Part shown: positions 1-12,602 of the stretch, piece after piece | Layout of the letters: each line of letters opens with the position of its first letter | How positions within the stretch are numbered: the stretch's first letter is position 1 | Made by a program: the position numbers and the translations under genes | The notes under the pieces: model-generated | What the model was told of the DNA's origin: nothing | Databases searched by the model: none | Seen by the model: only the letters and a program-made list of their open reading frames with translations | Assembly (NCBI GenBank): GCA_035221665.1 | Contig: CM069145.1 | Span: 19,034,001 to 19,098,000 of the forward strand | DNA from: Okamejei kenojei | Taxonomy: Eukaryota | Length of the DNA stretch: 64,000 nt | Direction of reading: 5' to 3'

Positions 1-49
1 AATGCTGCCCTGCCTGATGAATATTTGAAAAAGTTACGTAATCATTCAT

Positions 50-712
50 TCCTGTCTTGAACATAGGTGGGGAGGGATTGAACCAAGGGGGATAGGATGG
101 AGTCAAGGTATGTGGAAATGTGTTTGATGGGGCACAAACAGGCAGAGACAATGGGTCTGCCAGGGCAGTCGGGTTTGTGGATTTTGGGGAGAAGGTAAAA
201 TCGGGTCGTGCGGGGCTGGTATACGATGAGGTTGGAGGCTCGGAGGGGGGGGGGGGGGGGGGTAGGGAGCCAGATTTGATGAAGTCAGTTATGGTGCTCG
301 AGATGGTGGCCTGGTGCTCGTCAGTGGGGTCATGTTCCAAGGGTATGTAGGAGGAGGTGTCCGAGAGTTGGCGCGTGGCCTCCGCTTTGCAGAGATCGAC
401 GCGCCAGACTACCACGGCACCTCCCTTGTCGGCGGGTTTGATAACCCAGTCGGGGTTGTTATGGAGTGAGTCGATGGCAGTACGTTTGGGGAGGGGGGAG
501 ATTGGAGTGAGACAGGGGAGTGGAGAAGTCGAGGCAGTTGATGTCCCAACGGCAGTTCTGGATAAAGAGTTCTAAAGCCGGAGGGCCACGAGGGGGGGGT
601 CCACGAGGAGGGGGTTCGTTGGAGAAAGGAAAAGGGATCATCAGTGGGGGGCGAGGACTTCTTCCCGTGGAAGAATGCTGTGAGGTGGAGGCGACGGTAG
701 AAGAGCTCCAAG
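50..712 (-). mobile_element. Penelope-like retroelement, degenerate RT N-terminal fragment
   Basis: Minus-strand translation gives PLE RT motifs: ELFYRRLHLTAFFH, VIKPADKGGAVVVW, FYLLPKIHKPDCPGRPIVSAC; frameshifted. Confidence 0.85.
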
Positions 713-2784
713 TCGTGGTGCTACTGACTTTGTACTGTTTTGTACTGACTCTGTTGGGAAATTCATCTTTCCACTAGAAATAATAATAGACGAGCTCAAA
801 AGTATATTGAAATTTTCAGATAATATCACCTTAACAAACATTACACCAATTATGCCAATGTTATTGTATCAAGTATTGTTAATGCAGACAGAATGGGGTT
901 TACATTTTTAAGGTTAATTATGTTATTTGTTTATTGGAGAGTGATTTGTCTCTGCAGTTACCTTATGTCATAACTTTGACAAACCTTTATTTTGCTCTTT
1001 GGCTCCTTGACAAGCATTACATCATACAACACTATTTTACTTCAGAAGTGCATCATTGGCAAAATAAATGAGCTAAAACATCCAAGTTAGGAAAAACATG
1101 ATGTAAATGCAAGTACTTTTCAGACAATTACAATTGCTTAAGGGATTACAATTAAGTTAAATCTCCTTCACCTGCTCGGTGCTAGAAGGGTCAGGAGGGC
1201 AAGGACTAAGGAGTTGCTCAGCTTCACTTCCAGTTCCTCCCAATACTGTATATGTGGCAGATGGAGAGAGAGTTGACATTTCCCTTTCCATTCATTGGGA
1301 AGAGATTTGCAGAGAGATGGGCCATCTTACACTGTGCCAAAGGCAGGCATGGTTGATGTGCCACAGCTGACATGGCTGAAAACACAAAACAACCCTGCAC
1401 TTGGCAACATGTAGCTATCAGTCTACTTATGAGGGGAGAAGCAGCTTGGCTGCTCTCTGTAAATGCTCACTGGCTGTTTCTGTCATTAACTCTTGAGTAA
1501 TTTACCTGATGGTTTCCATGTTGAAAAAATAAACTGAGGAATAATTTTCATAATTTTTTACTTTACTATTTCGGAGGAGTTGGGAGTAAAGCAGGAGAAC
1601 ATTCTGTGCTTGTTGAAATGACCACAATTATGTGTGGCCTGTGAAGTATGTAACTGGGTCAGGCTTTATTTTTGCTCTATGCTGGTTTTGAAAATTTAAT
1701 TTGAAGGCTGCACCAATTACAAAATTATAACTATACATTACAATCAAATCTTTTTTTTCTGGGGGAAGGGGTTATATATGACTAAATGGCACACCACTGT
1801 CGACTGTATTTTATGGGGTTATGTATTTTGAAATGGGATTCTTTTTTTTACTAAGCACTGAATTAACAACACATGTTCTATGAGACATTACATAGCAATC
1901 CCATCTTTCCAAACTCACATATTGCTGTTAGGGTTGTATGTTGTGCTCTAGAAATTCCTCCTCCCATGTACATTACACACTTAACGTGAAGATTTCATTG
2001 CATTTTTTGGCTTGCTTTACTTTGCTCTCGCAGCATACAAACTCACAGCAACATACTGCTGCTGTTTAAGTAAATACTTAAAACATCAAAGATGAAATGT
2101 GCACTAGCACAATATTTCTTTGATTCAGTGAGGCTTATGGATTGAGCCAGTTTGATGAGGTTCATAATCAATGGTTTGTCCTGCCATTTGTAAGAGGTCA
2201 GCAAATAGCTCATCTGGAACGACTAGTCAGAATTACATTATGTTGAGGGGTGCAGATGGATGAAGAAAGAGGATTAATGTAGTATCGGTGCAGATGTTAT
2301 TCAACCCTTTGAGAGTCTGGAGGTTAAATATTGTCATAGACTAACATGGATAAATGGGCTATTTTCATGTTGTTTTTTTTTTATATGTTCAACTGATGTT
2401 ATAAAAATAAAAGATTATTAAACTTAGAAATCAGCCCCAGAGTGGGCCATAGCGCCAAGAGATGTTTACCTTAGGTTGAGAAAACTCAATTAAGACAGAA
2501 TGAAATTTGGAATTACAAATTCAGAAAGAATGTCATAATTTTTGGAAGCTTTTGTCAACGCTATTGCACATTTACTTAATTATTTAGTTCACTGAGTTAC
2601 AAATTGGTTGTACGTGAGTTACACACAGTGCAAACATTTGCTTAGAAATTGGATTGAATTTTTTTCTGGTGGGCTGAAATATCATTGTGTACAATAAAAA
2701 AAAACCCGATATACAGTGAAAAGCTCTTCCTGAGAAGTATCTCATTGGATGAGAATGCACAAGGCATGTTCAAGGCAGATTAGT

Positions 2785-3875
2785 GAAGATTGTTATCAAA
2801 ATCACAGCAGGATCTTGATCAGCTAGGCAAATGGGCTGAGGAATGGCTAATGGAGTTTAATGCAGATATGCGAGTTTTCGCATTTTGGGAAGTCAAACCA
2901 GGGCAGGACCTTCACAATGAATGGCAGGGGTCTGGGGAGTGGTGTAGAGCCGAGGGATTTAGCAGTATGGTTACATAGTTTCCTGAAAGTCCTGAAAGGG
3001 AATAGGGTGGTGAAAAATGCCTCAGTACATTGGCCTTCATCAATCAGGGTATTGAGTGGAGAAGGTCGGATTTTGTGTTCAAGATGTGCAACACCTTGGT
3101 GAGGCCGTATTTGGAGTATTGTGTTCAGTTTTGAATACCCTGTTTTGGGAAGAATGTCATTAGCTGGAAAGAGTGCGGAGAAGATTTACTAGGATGTTAC
3201 CAGAACTTACAAGGACATTTACATGTGGAATTCTCTGCCTCAGAGGGCGATGGAGGCCGGTTCTCTGGATACTTTCAAGAGAAAGCTAGATAGAGCTCTT
3301 AACGATGGCAGAGTCAGGTGATATGGGGAGAGGGCAGGAACAGGGTACTGATTGGGGATGATCAGCCATGATCACATTGAATGGCGGTGCTGGCTCGAAG
3401 GGCCGAATGGCCTACTCCTGCATCCATTGTCTATTGTCTATTGAAGGCCTGAGCTATATTGGAAAGGGTTGGGCAGGCTGGGGTTTTATACCTTGGAGCT
3501 CAGAAGGGTGAGAATAAACGTATGGAGGTGTATAATATGAGGTGAATAGATTGGGTGAATGCAGAGTCCTTTAATCAGAGTAGGGAAATCAAGAACTAGA
3601 GGACATAGTTTTATGGTGAGAGGGGAAAGATTTAATAGGAATCTGAGGGACAGACAGTGGTGAATATATGGAACGAGCTGCCAGAGGAGGCAGTTGAAGC
3701 AAGTAATTTAACAACATTTAAAAGACAGTTGGACATTTACATGGATTGGGCAGGTTTAAAGGGATAGTGACAAAATGTTACAGATGGGACTCACATAGAT
3801 GGAGCTTCTTGATCAGGATTGAATACGTTGGGGCAAGGGCCTGTTTCCGTGCTGTATGCCTCTCTTAGACTCTGT
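2785..3875 (+). mobile_element. CR1/HER1-type LINE 3' fragment with a younger CR1 3' end nested at ~3224-3443
   Basis: QQDLDQLGKWAEEWLMEFN and RPYLEYCVQF motifs; two successive CR1 3' tails (GGGCCGAATGGCCTACTCCTG + (CTATTGT)n at ~3400-3443; GGGCCTGTTTCCGTGCTGTA at ~3837-3857). Confidence 0.85.
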
Positions 3876-4486
3876 GGCTCCCCTCCTTAGGGGAGCACTG
3901 AATTGGTTAACAACAAGCATGCAACTGTGTCAGCGTGGTTTCAATATATGAAACAATGCGTGAATCACAATCTAAGCTGGTCCCAGTGGGAGCAGCATTA
4001 GTGCTTTTGCCACTTTGCTGAGCAGCACTGAAAAGTTCATCAACCCTTAAAGACATTGTGCCCATTGTAGCCAAACTCCAGATGAATGCAGGCTGCCAAC
4101 AGAGGAAGAGAAACCACAGACAAAAGAGCCTTCGGAGTTGGGGATTTCTAGGCCTCTTTCATTCAGCCTGGGGCCCTACCAGAATTGCCTGCCACACACA
4201 GCTCCATCCTATCCTGATTGCAGTATGATTCTAGAACCAAACATAATTTTATTTTCATGTTAGTTACCTGCTTTGAAAAAAACATCCAGCATAAATTTGA
4301 GCACAGACTGAGCACTGTAGAGTATGTATGAGCAATGTCTTGTGAGCTTTAAAAGCTCACTCTATCTCCACCATTGTAGACCATTCTAATAAATCTTAAG
4401 TTAAGCAAGAGTATAGTGCAGCACACCCCTCATTCTACTGACAGCCATTACATACAGTTTTGAATTTCAAATTATGTTCTAAATTG

Positions 4487-4615
4487 AGTCTGAAGAAGAG
4501 TCCTGACTTAAAAGATCACCTATCCATGTTCTCCAGAGATACTGTCTTACATGCTGAACCTAGTCCAGCAATTTGTGTCTTATTTTTGTAAGCAGCAATT
4601 GCAGTTCCTTGTTTC
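4487..4615 (+). mobile_element. Degenerate Penelope terminal-repeat (pLTR) fragment with hammerhead motif
   Basis: GAGTCTGAAGAAGAGTCCTGACTTAAAAGATCACC...TCCAGAGAT..., a decayed copy of the repeat seen ~20 times in the window. Confidence 0.65.
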
Positions 4616-4649
4616 TCCAAATAATGTTGATGTGGACTGGAACTTATAT

Positions 4650-5770
4650 TACACACTAGTTGACATTTGAGGATGATGGGTGAAGATTGGTGATGTTGTT
4701 GATAGCGAGCAGGGTCATCGTTAGTCATAGAATAATGTGCTGTTTGGTAAAATGGGTGAATAGCAGAGGGAATTTAATCTTGAAAAATGTGGTGAAGAAT
4801 TTTGGGGATAGTAAGAAGTCCTTTTCTTCTAGGACATGTACAATGAATAATAGACTTTACTTTAGAGATACAGAGTGGAAACAGGCTTACCAAGTCCACA
4901 CTGACCCGTACACTCTAGTAGGACAATGGGAGGTACTGACAAATAGGCAGACCTTAGTGTGCATGTCCAATGATCCCTGAAGGCAGCAGCACAGGAGGAA
5001 GGCATAAGGGATACTTGCTTTCATTATCCAGGACAGCGAATATTAGAGCAGAGCGGTTATGGTCAACTATATTCATCACAAATTATGCCACAAGAGTACA
5101 GAGCAGGTTAAGCGAGGTCCTGATTGAGGTACACAATATTATGGGGAGTATAGATGGGTTGGATAATGAAAACCATTTCCCATGCAAGGGCAGCACAGTA
5201 GCGCAGGGGTCGAGCTCCTGCCTTACAACACCAGGTTTGATCCTGACTACGGAGTGCTATCTGTACGGAGTTTGTCCGTTCTCCCCGTGCCCCGCGTAGG
5301 TTTTCACAAGATTTTTGGTTTCCTCCCAAGCTCCAAAGACGTATAGCTTTGTAGGTTAATTGGCTTGGTATAAATGTAAAATTGTCCCTAGTGTGTGTAG
5401 GGGAGTGTTAATGTGCAGGGATCCCTGGTCGGTACGGCCTCGGTGGGCTTGTTACCGCACTATATCTCTAAACTAAACTAAATTATCAGATCTGTTTATA
5501 ACCATAGGGCATTTAAGGTTAGGCAGAAAAACATAGAGAGGACACGAAAGCAATATTTTTCACTGAAAGATGGCTGAAATTTGGAACACAAGCCGAAGCG
5601 GGTGGTGGAATCAGGGATTCTCACAACCTTTACGAAGTATTTAGATAGGCACTTGCAATGCCAAGGCAAGGAAAGGTGGGTACCAAGTGTTAGAAACTAG
5701 GAGACATATAGATAAGCACAATAACCAGGATGGACCAGTGAACCAAAGTTCCTGTTTTGTGCTATATGAC
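4650..5770 (+). mobile_element. Old CR1 LINE 3' fragment interrupted by SINE insertions
   Basis: Decayed CR1 ORF2 end and 3'UTR (TATTTAGATAGGCAC; GTTCCTGTTTTGTGCTATATGACTATG tail). Confidence 0.6.
5188..5481 (+). mobile_element. HE1-type V-SINE
   Basis: tRNA-like head with decayed A/B boxes, V-domain (GGTTTCCTCCCA..TCCAAAGACGT..GTAGGTTAATTGG), CR1-like tail and (TAAAC)n. Confidence 0.85.
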
Positions 5771-7477
5771 TATGATGCCGTGAGTTTATAAGTATTTGCT
5801 TACCACCGGGATGTCCAGTGTTAAGTGTGGAAATGTGAATCGCGACTGGCGGGACTTGGACTAATTTCACAATTAACACAATATCGCCAGGAAATTATTG
5901 TTCACTTGATTTACACTGGGTATAAATCTACCTTGGATTTTGTAGCATTGAAAAAGAATAACAGCTTCTCAGCTAATATTTCCAAAATTGGATTGGAATA
6001 TTGCCAAGCAGAGTATTTTATTTTTTTGTAAAGAAATTAACACACAGATGGCTGAATTAGCCGTATTTCCTCATAATTCCTTTTCGTACAAGGATGTGTA
6101 CATTTGTGCCAAAATGTCACAGCTGGAAACAGTGTCGGAAGGCCAGGTTGTATTCAGGAGAGATTGTCCACGAGAGGCTTTTTTTTTTTGAGGTTTGGAA
6201 ATCTGCTTACACAGACGAATAAAATCCACTGATACCTCCTATTTTCTCGCACCTTTCTGAACAAAGTTCTGAGCCCTGTAAAGAACAGAAATGAATATTG
6301 TCTTGCGGAGGGCTCCATTACCCTGGCGTTATCCAGTTTCTAACTTGAATCCAAGGAATGAAAGTTTCTGGCATCAATTGAGGAACAACTACGTGTACAC
6401 CAGCTCTGCATCTTTCACAGACTGGTCTGACATTCCTTTTTCTACTAAGATGGTCTGCAGGGAATATAAGGATTTCAATATATAATAACATCTGGACCAG
6501 GCAATTAATGGAATTATAGTTTTTTTCATTCTTTTGCAGATTTTCCCACAAATATTATTTCATATTTTTGCATGATTGAGGACTGAATTATTTTCTTGCT
6601 TGTCAGCTTTGATTTGTAATTCTGTGAAAACATTTATTTTTGCATGTATAAAAAAAATAATAATTCTGATGTACAAATTTATCTTTGGATGGCATTAGGT
6701 AGAAATGTTTCATGAGATTGCATTGTAACCCATGGCATATTATACTCTCTGCTATTCTTTTGGAAATTGCCCTTACTGGTTCAATTATAACATGCCCAGC
6801 CTGAGGGCACAGTATTTGAAGTTGGGTACAAGGAAAGCTCATTGACAAACAGCTATCCCGGGCAACATGTTGAGAGCATGAATCTCATTTCTCGTGCAGC
6901 ATTCATTGTAATACATCTTTAAATAGCACTGAAATAATTCAGTAATGCAGGGGAGGAATTTTCTTGTATTTTGACCTGGGGGAGTTCCAATTCCCCACAT
7001 GCATTGGAAACAAATGGCATTACAATTCTGCTCACAGGGATTTCTTTTCCTATGTTTCACTGGGACTTCCAGAAGAGCAGACCATGGGATTGATCTCGAG
7101 TAGTCTCAAGTTAACTGGAGGAACTGCAGGGTGGGATCTTCTCTTCCTATTTGGCCACTTACTTGACATTGCTTGGAAAGATTTCACTATAACTCAATGC
7201 TGCGGTCCGCCCTTGGATCAACACATTCCTGGGAGCAGGCGAGCAACCTTAGATGAGATGTATCTACAATGTTATTTTTCAATATCCAATCGGAACCATC
7301 TGGCTGACAGCATTCAGCTGTGTTTCATTTTCCTGCACCGTTCTTTCTGCACCTTCCACTGAGGCTGTGGCCCTCCAAAGCACACAGCTCTCTGCTTTGA
7401 ATGCAATGTTATTGACCCTGATGTTGATACATGGTAACCCATTGTAATGGAGTAAACCCTACCAGTGAGGAGCTGTG

Positions 7478-7925
7478 AGTCACAGAACCTAGAGAAGCAG
7501 AGCACAGGAACAGGCCGTTTGGCCACTATGTCTGCGCCGATCATGATGCAAAGACCAACTCTTAGCTGCATGCACATAATCCATATCCCTATCCCCGGCA
7601 AATCCATGTCTCTATCCAAAAGTCTCTTAAATGCCACTATCATATCTGCCTCTACTACCAGCCCGGCAGCGTGTTCCAGGCACTCACCGCCCTCTGTGTA
7701 AAAAAATCTTGCCCTGCATATTTCCTTTAAACTTTACCCCTCTCACCTTAAAGCTATACCCTCTAATATTTGATATTTCCATCCTAGAAAAAAAGGTTTT
7801 GACTGTTTATCCCATCTATGCTTCTCATAATTTTATAGACTTCGGTCAGGTCTCCTTGCAACTTCTGGCAATCCAAGTCTGTCCAACCTCTCCCTGTACC
7901 TAAAGCTCCCAAATCTAGACATCAG
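7478..7925 (-). mobile_element. CR1 LINE 3' fragment
   Basis: Reverse complement has the CR1 3' UTR and ORF2 end (VAFKRLLDRDMD). Confidence 0.8.
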
Positions 7926-8902
7926 GAAGGGGTTAAACTGGTAAAACGTATGAAATCTGTGTGTGAACGCTCTGATTTAACAGCACCTGATTTAGGGGTG
8001 ACAGCAAAAGGTACATCAGAAAGGAGGGTGTGTGATTCTGCACACACCCTCCTTTCTGAGTGAGGCTGCTTTCTTTCCATTTTGAGAGCCATTTGTATCT
8101 ATTGGCTGCAAGTGGCGACTGCATGATCTAGCAAGTGTTCGCTTTGTCCTCGTGCCCTATCCCCTGTCACTGTCTGCCAGCCTCCACCTGACTAGTTGGT
8201 TACACTGTGATCTTTAACCTTGCTCCCATGTGAACTGTAGACCCATACACAACTGCCTCTTCAATCTCACCCTCTCCAGCGCTGCAGAATAAATCACTAT
8301 CCATCCCCTGTGCCTTGATCTTTTCCAACTGACGGGGCATCTCGACTGGCCCCGGCTGTGGTTCTCTACCCTTGGACATCCTGTCTAGGCAGAAAATGGG
8401 CTAAAGCAAAGGTTTTCAGGACTTTTGCGATCTTGGATTTTCCAGATGTCCCAGCCACAATCACTCCCTCCTCCCACTCCCCCCCCCCCTCACTTCCTTC
8501 CTCTTTGTAACTAGTGGGGCCGACCAGTCAGAGTAAATCTGATCTGAGTACTTTAGGCTCCCAAGGAACGCCACTGAGGAATATGAGATGTCCTTTTTAT
8601 CCAGTTCATATTACAACTATTAGTACCCTTGTGGCCAAATTCAGTAATTCAGCTGAGTTCCCAAGGGTTTTATCACTTTGCCAATCATGACTAATTATTT
8701 ATTTGTCAACTATGGTATATCAAGATCAAAGCACGGAAACAGACTGAAACAGTGTGTGATGACTGATTGCAGTGTCAGGTTTAATCAGCCTTCCCCCTTC
8801 TCCTGCTGTGACACCTTTTGAGCAGTTTACAAAACTTTTTCAAGAACTGGGCCTGGCTAAAAACTTGAAAGATCACTGCCCGCAGCTGTTTATGTAAGGG
8901 AA

Positions 8903-9180
8903 AGATAGGCACAAAGTGCTGGAGTAACTTAACGGGTAGGCAGCAGAAAAAGCATAGGCGATATTTCTTCAGACTGAATAGAGAGGTGCAGGGGGGAGGG
9001 TTGGACAGTGTATTTCCCCCCACCCCCCACCCTCCACCTCTGCATTCAATCCGACGAGGGGTTCCGACCCGAAACGTCACCTATTCTTATTCCCCAGAGA
9101 TGCTGCCTGACCCACTATTACTCCAGCACTTTGTGACTATCTTCAGTATAAACCAGCATCTGCAGTTCTTTCCTACACAT
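8903..9180. mobile_element. Inverted pair of Penelope pLTR/hammerhead fragments
   Basis: Minus copy 8903-8978 and plus copy 9047-9180 (CCGACGAGGGGTTCCGACCCGAAACGTCACC), with G-rich/C-rich complementary spacer. Confidence 0.75.
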
Positions 9181-9529
9181 GCTGACTGAATGTAAGTAAT
9201 TGAACAAGGCTCTAGAACCTACATACTCAGGACTAATTCATTTGGTGTAAGGCTCAAAGCCTCTGATTTGAATGTGATACCTGGAAGTATGGAGATTAAA
9301 GTCCACAATGTTATTTCAAGAAGATTAATGTTTTCAGCCAGACAAACTAATGCCAAACAACTGTAACTGAAGGGGTTTGCTTTTGAATATCATCTTTGAC
9401 ATGGCAAAATGTGCTTGGGCACTTTACAGATGCATGAAATGGTTGTAAAGTTTAAGAACAGAGAATTGTAGGAGTGAACAAAAGCATAGCTGAACTGCTG
9501 GATTTCAAAACTATTGTGGGAAAATAAAG

Positions 9530-10110
9530 AGGTCAAGTGGTGGCAGAATTAAAAGGGGAACTGCAGAGCAAAAGACGGATAAATGCAGCTTCTAACGTAG
9601 GAGGTGTGATGTTAAAGAAGCTAAAATCAGAGAGAAGTTGAGTTTGATTGTTATAGAGAGGTTTGTAGGGCTGGAGGAAGTTAAGGAGAAATGAAGATCT
9701 CGGTTCAACAGCAGACTTCAGGGGGGGAATCAGGTTAACATTTGGAGAAAAGTTTGCATAGAAATGGGGAAAGAGTGGGAAAAGATTGCGATGAGCTGTG
9801 TTCCTTGTCAAGAGTTTTGGCAATGAGTCAAAGTGTCAAAGGGTCTCATGGACTGAATGGAGAGATGCCGTGGCATGATTTAAACGCAAGGAGAAATGTG
9901 GGATTGGGAGCCAATGTATGTCAGGCAAGACGAGGGTGTGGGTTGGAGTATACGAAGCAGAGCTTTGAGAGATCTGGATCTTATGAAGGGTGGAGGGTGG
10001 GAGCTGGCCAAGAAAGAAATAGAATAATCACATTTGGATTAATGAGGGCATGCATGAAGGTTTCAACAACAGATGTTAATACAATGTTTTGGAAATTGAA
10101 GAATGTTTAC
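9530..10110 (-). mobile_element. Old L2-like LINE fragment
   Basis: Reverse complement contains CTTCCTCCAGCCCTACAAACCTC and adjacent sequence resembling L2 ORF2 3' ends; heavily decayed. Confidence 0.45.
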
Positions 10111-10742
10111 TTTGGGAGCTGAAGACAACTTTCCAGGGATTATGTGGCTGTGCTTCACTGTTCCGTATAGGATGTCGTACCCCCTCTGAGCACTTAACTT
10201 CAGTTTTGCACTTTTCATGCCTCTGACAGTGTTGCTGTATTTTGTACACAGTCCAGCTTGACGAGCAGCTGATTAAAAGGCCCCCTGAACAGTCAGTCAG
10301 CTCTATTTTTGTTTGAAATTCAACCTTTCATTGTTCATCCACAATCTAAAATGCGAGAAAAAGTTAAAACAGCCAGTAACGGCTCAGTTCAACTTTAAGT
10401 AGTGTCTGAGAAGAGTTGCTGTATCTGCATTTGGAGGTCTGGGATTGATGAAAAACAGAAGGGAAAGTCTGGCAGAGAAACTAATTACTCTTCCCATTGT
10501 TCATTTCAGCCATTATATCCTGACATTAGCACTGTCTTCCAAAAGCACTTTATTTTCATACCTTTACTCCTACCATGAAAAGCCTCCTGAAACCCTGTGC
10601 TGTGGCCATATTTCCAGTCTCTTCATCAAATTCTATAACTAACAGAAAAATGTTGTTGTTGGAAACCTGAAAAGAAGAGAGAACATGCTGGGAATACCAA
10701 TTTGGTAGTTAACAACTTGACTTTCAGGTTGCTGAGGTTTCA

Positions 10743-11105
10743 GTTTAGTTTATGGTCATGTGTACTGAGGTACAGTGAAAAGCGTTTTGTTGTGTACTAA
10801 CCAGTCAGCAGAGAGACAATACATGATTGCAATCGATCCATTGACAGTATTTAGATACATGATAAGGGAATAACATTTAGTGCAAGGTAAAGCCAGCAAA
10901 TTCCGACCAAGGATAGTCCGATGGTCATCGAAGAGGTAGTTAGTAGTTCAGCCCAGCTCTCTGGTTGTGGAAGGATGATTCAGTTGCCTGATAACAGCTG
11001 GGAAGAAACTGTCCCCGAATCTGGTGGTATGCGTTTTCTCACTTCTACACCTATTGCCTGATGGTGGAGGGGAGAAGAGGCAGTGGCCAGGGTGTGACAT
11101 GTCTT
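10743..11105 (-). mobile_element. Rex1/Babar-type LINE 3' end
   Basis: SHPGHCLFSPPPSGNRCRSEKTHTTRFGDSFFPAVIRQLN C-terminal motif; tail ...ACACATGACCATAAACTAAAC. Confidence 0.8.
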
Positions 11106-11629
11106 CAGTAGAGGATATTAACTCTTCCTCTTCCACAGACTCCGTGGGCTGCTGAGTATTGAGACAATAGGTTGCAGGAGTAGCCATTCGGCCCTTTCAA
11201 GCAGCACCGCCATCCGTGATCATGCTGATCATCCACAATCAGTGCCCCGTTCCTGTCTTCTCCCCATTTCTCCTGATTCCACTATCTTCTGCGGATAGCT
11301 GACTCCGCTATCTATTTCTCATTCCTCTTGAATCTCAGTTGCTTCCTGCTTGGTGTTCCTAATAATCCACCCACAATAACTACTCGCACCAACCAGTCCC
11401 CTCTGTCCTCCCAACCCTCAACCTCTGAGACCTTGGTTTAAACTATTAAATGTGTTGGTTTTGTCTTTGAGAATATTGGGAGCAGCAGATTTCCCGTCGT
11501 CCTGTTGTTAGTATTGGGCTTCCCAGTGTTCTATCCAAGATAATGCACTGCAGTTGTTGTATATCTGTAGTTTTGTACAGTGGTCAACCAATACAATTTC
11601 TAGTTGGTTTACATGACCTTTACAAACAC

Positions 11630-12205
11630 ATTACAACTAGAAGGTATAGCTTGCAGATGAGAGGGGCCAAAGTTAGATGTGCAGGACAATTTTTCTTCAC
11701 ACAGATTAGTCGGTGGCAGGAATGTACTGCCGGGGTGGTGATGTAGGCACATACAATAGTAACATTTAAAAAGGCTTCGAATAAGTAATGATTTCTAGGA
11801 GCAGATTAAGGCCATTCGGCCCATCAAGTCTACTTATGCATTCAATCATGGCTGATCAATCTTCCCCTCTCAACTACATTTTCCTGCCTTCTTCCCATAA
11901 CCCCTGACACCTTTACTAATCACAAAATTACCAATCTCCTCCTTAAAAATATCCATTGACTTGGCCTCCACAGCTGTGTGTGGCAAGGACTCTCCCACTT
12001 GTGGAAACATCCTCTCCACATTCACTCCATCCAGGCCTTTCACTATTTGGTAAGTATTAATGAGGCCCCCCAAATATTCATGGATTCGAGGGATATGGGT
12101 CACGTGCAGGCAGAGAAGATTAGTTTAATGTGGCATCTTGTTCAGCACAGACATCAAGTGCCAACGGGCCTGTTCCTGTGCTCTACTGCTCTGTGTTCTG
12201 TGACT
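11630..12205 (+). mobile_element. CR1 3' fragment (+) interrupted by an antisense CR1 3' fragment (~11795-12075)
   Basis: Plus-strand CR1 3'UTR pieces at 11630-11790 and 12085-12205; minus-strand YQIVKGLDGVNVERMFP...DIFKEEIGNF between them. Confidence 0.7.
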
Positions 12206-12293
12206 CACAATCTCTCATTCGAAGTACAATGGGTTTGCTAAGCCCACTCACCATGTTTCAACATCAAAGTCAATAACAATGCATTCAAAGCAG

Positions 12294-12602
12294 AGGGCCG
12301 CACGGTGGCGCAGCGGATAGAGTTGCTGCCTTACAGCGCCAGTGACTCGGGTTCGATCCTGACTACGGATGCTCTCTGTACGGAGTTCGTACATTCTTCC
12401 AGTGAGCCGCAAGGGTCTTCTCCGGGAGCTCCAGTTTCCTCCCACACTCCAAAGACGTAGGTTAATTGGCTTGGTATAAATGTAAATTGTCCCTAGTGTG
12501 TGTAGATAGCGTTAATGTGCGGGCATCGCTGGTCGGCATGGACTCGGTGGGCCAAAGGGCCTGTTTCCTCGTTGTATCTCTAAACTTAACAAAACTAAAT
12601 TA
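12294..12602 (+). mobile_element. HE1-type V-SINE
   Basis: A box TGGCGCAGCGG, B box GGTTCGATCC, V-domain, CR1-like 3' tail GGGCCAAAGGGCCTGTTTCC, A-rich end. Confidence 0.9.

Noticed and set aside
6318-6551. RKRNVRPVCERC peptide resembling a VEGF/PDGF basic exon
   Set aside because: The cysteine pattern does not continue and no cystine-knot exons were found.
12294-12370. tRNA gene
   Set aside because: The A/B boxes belong to the tRNA-derived head of an HE1 SINE; there is no complete cloverleaf.
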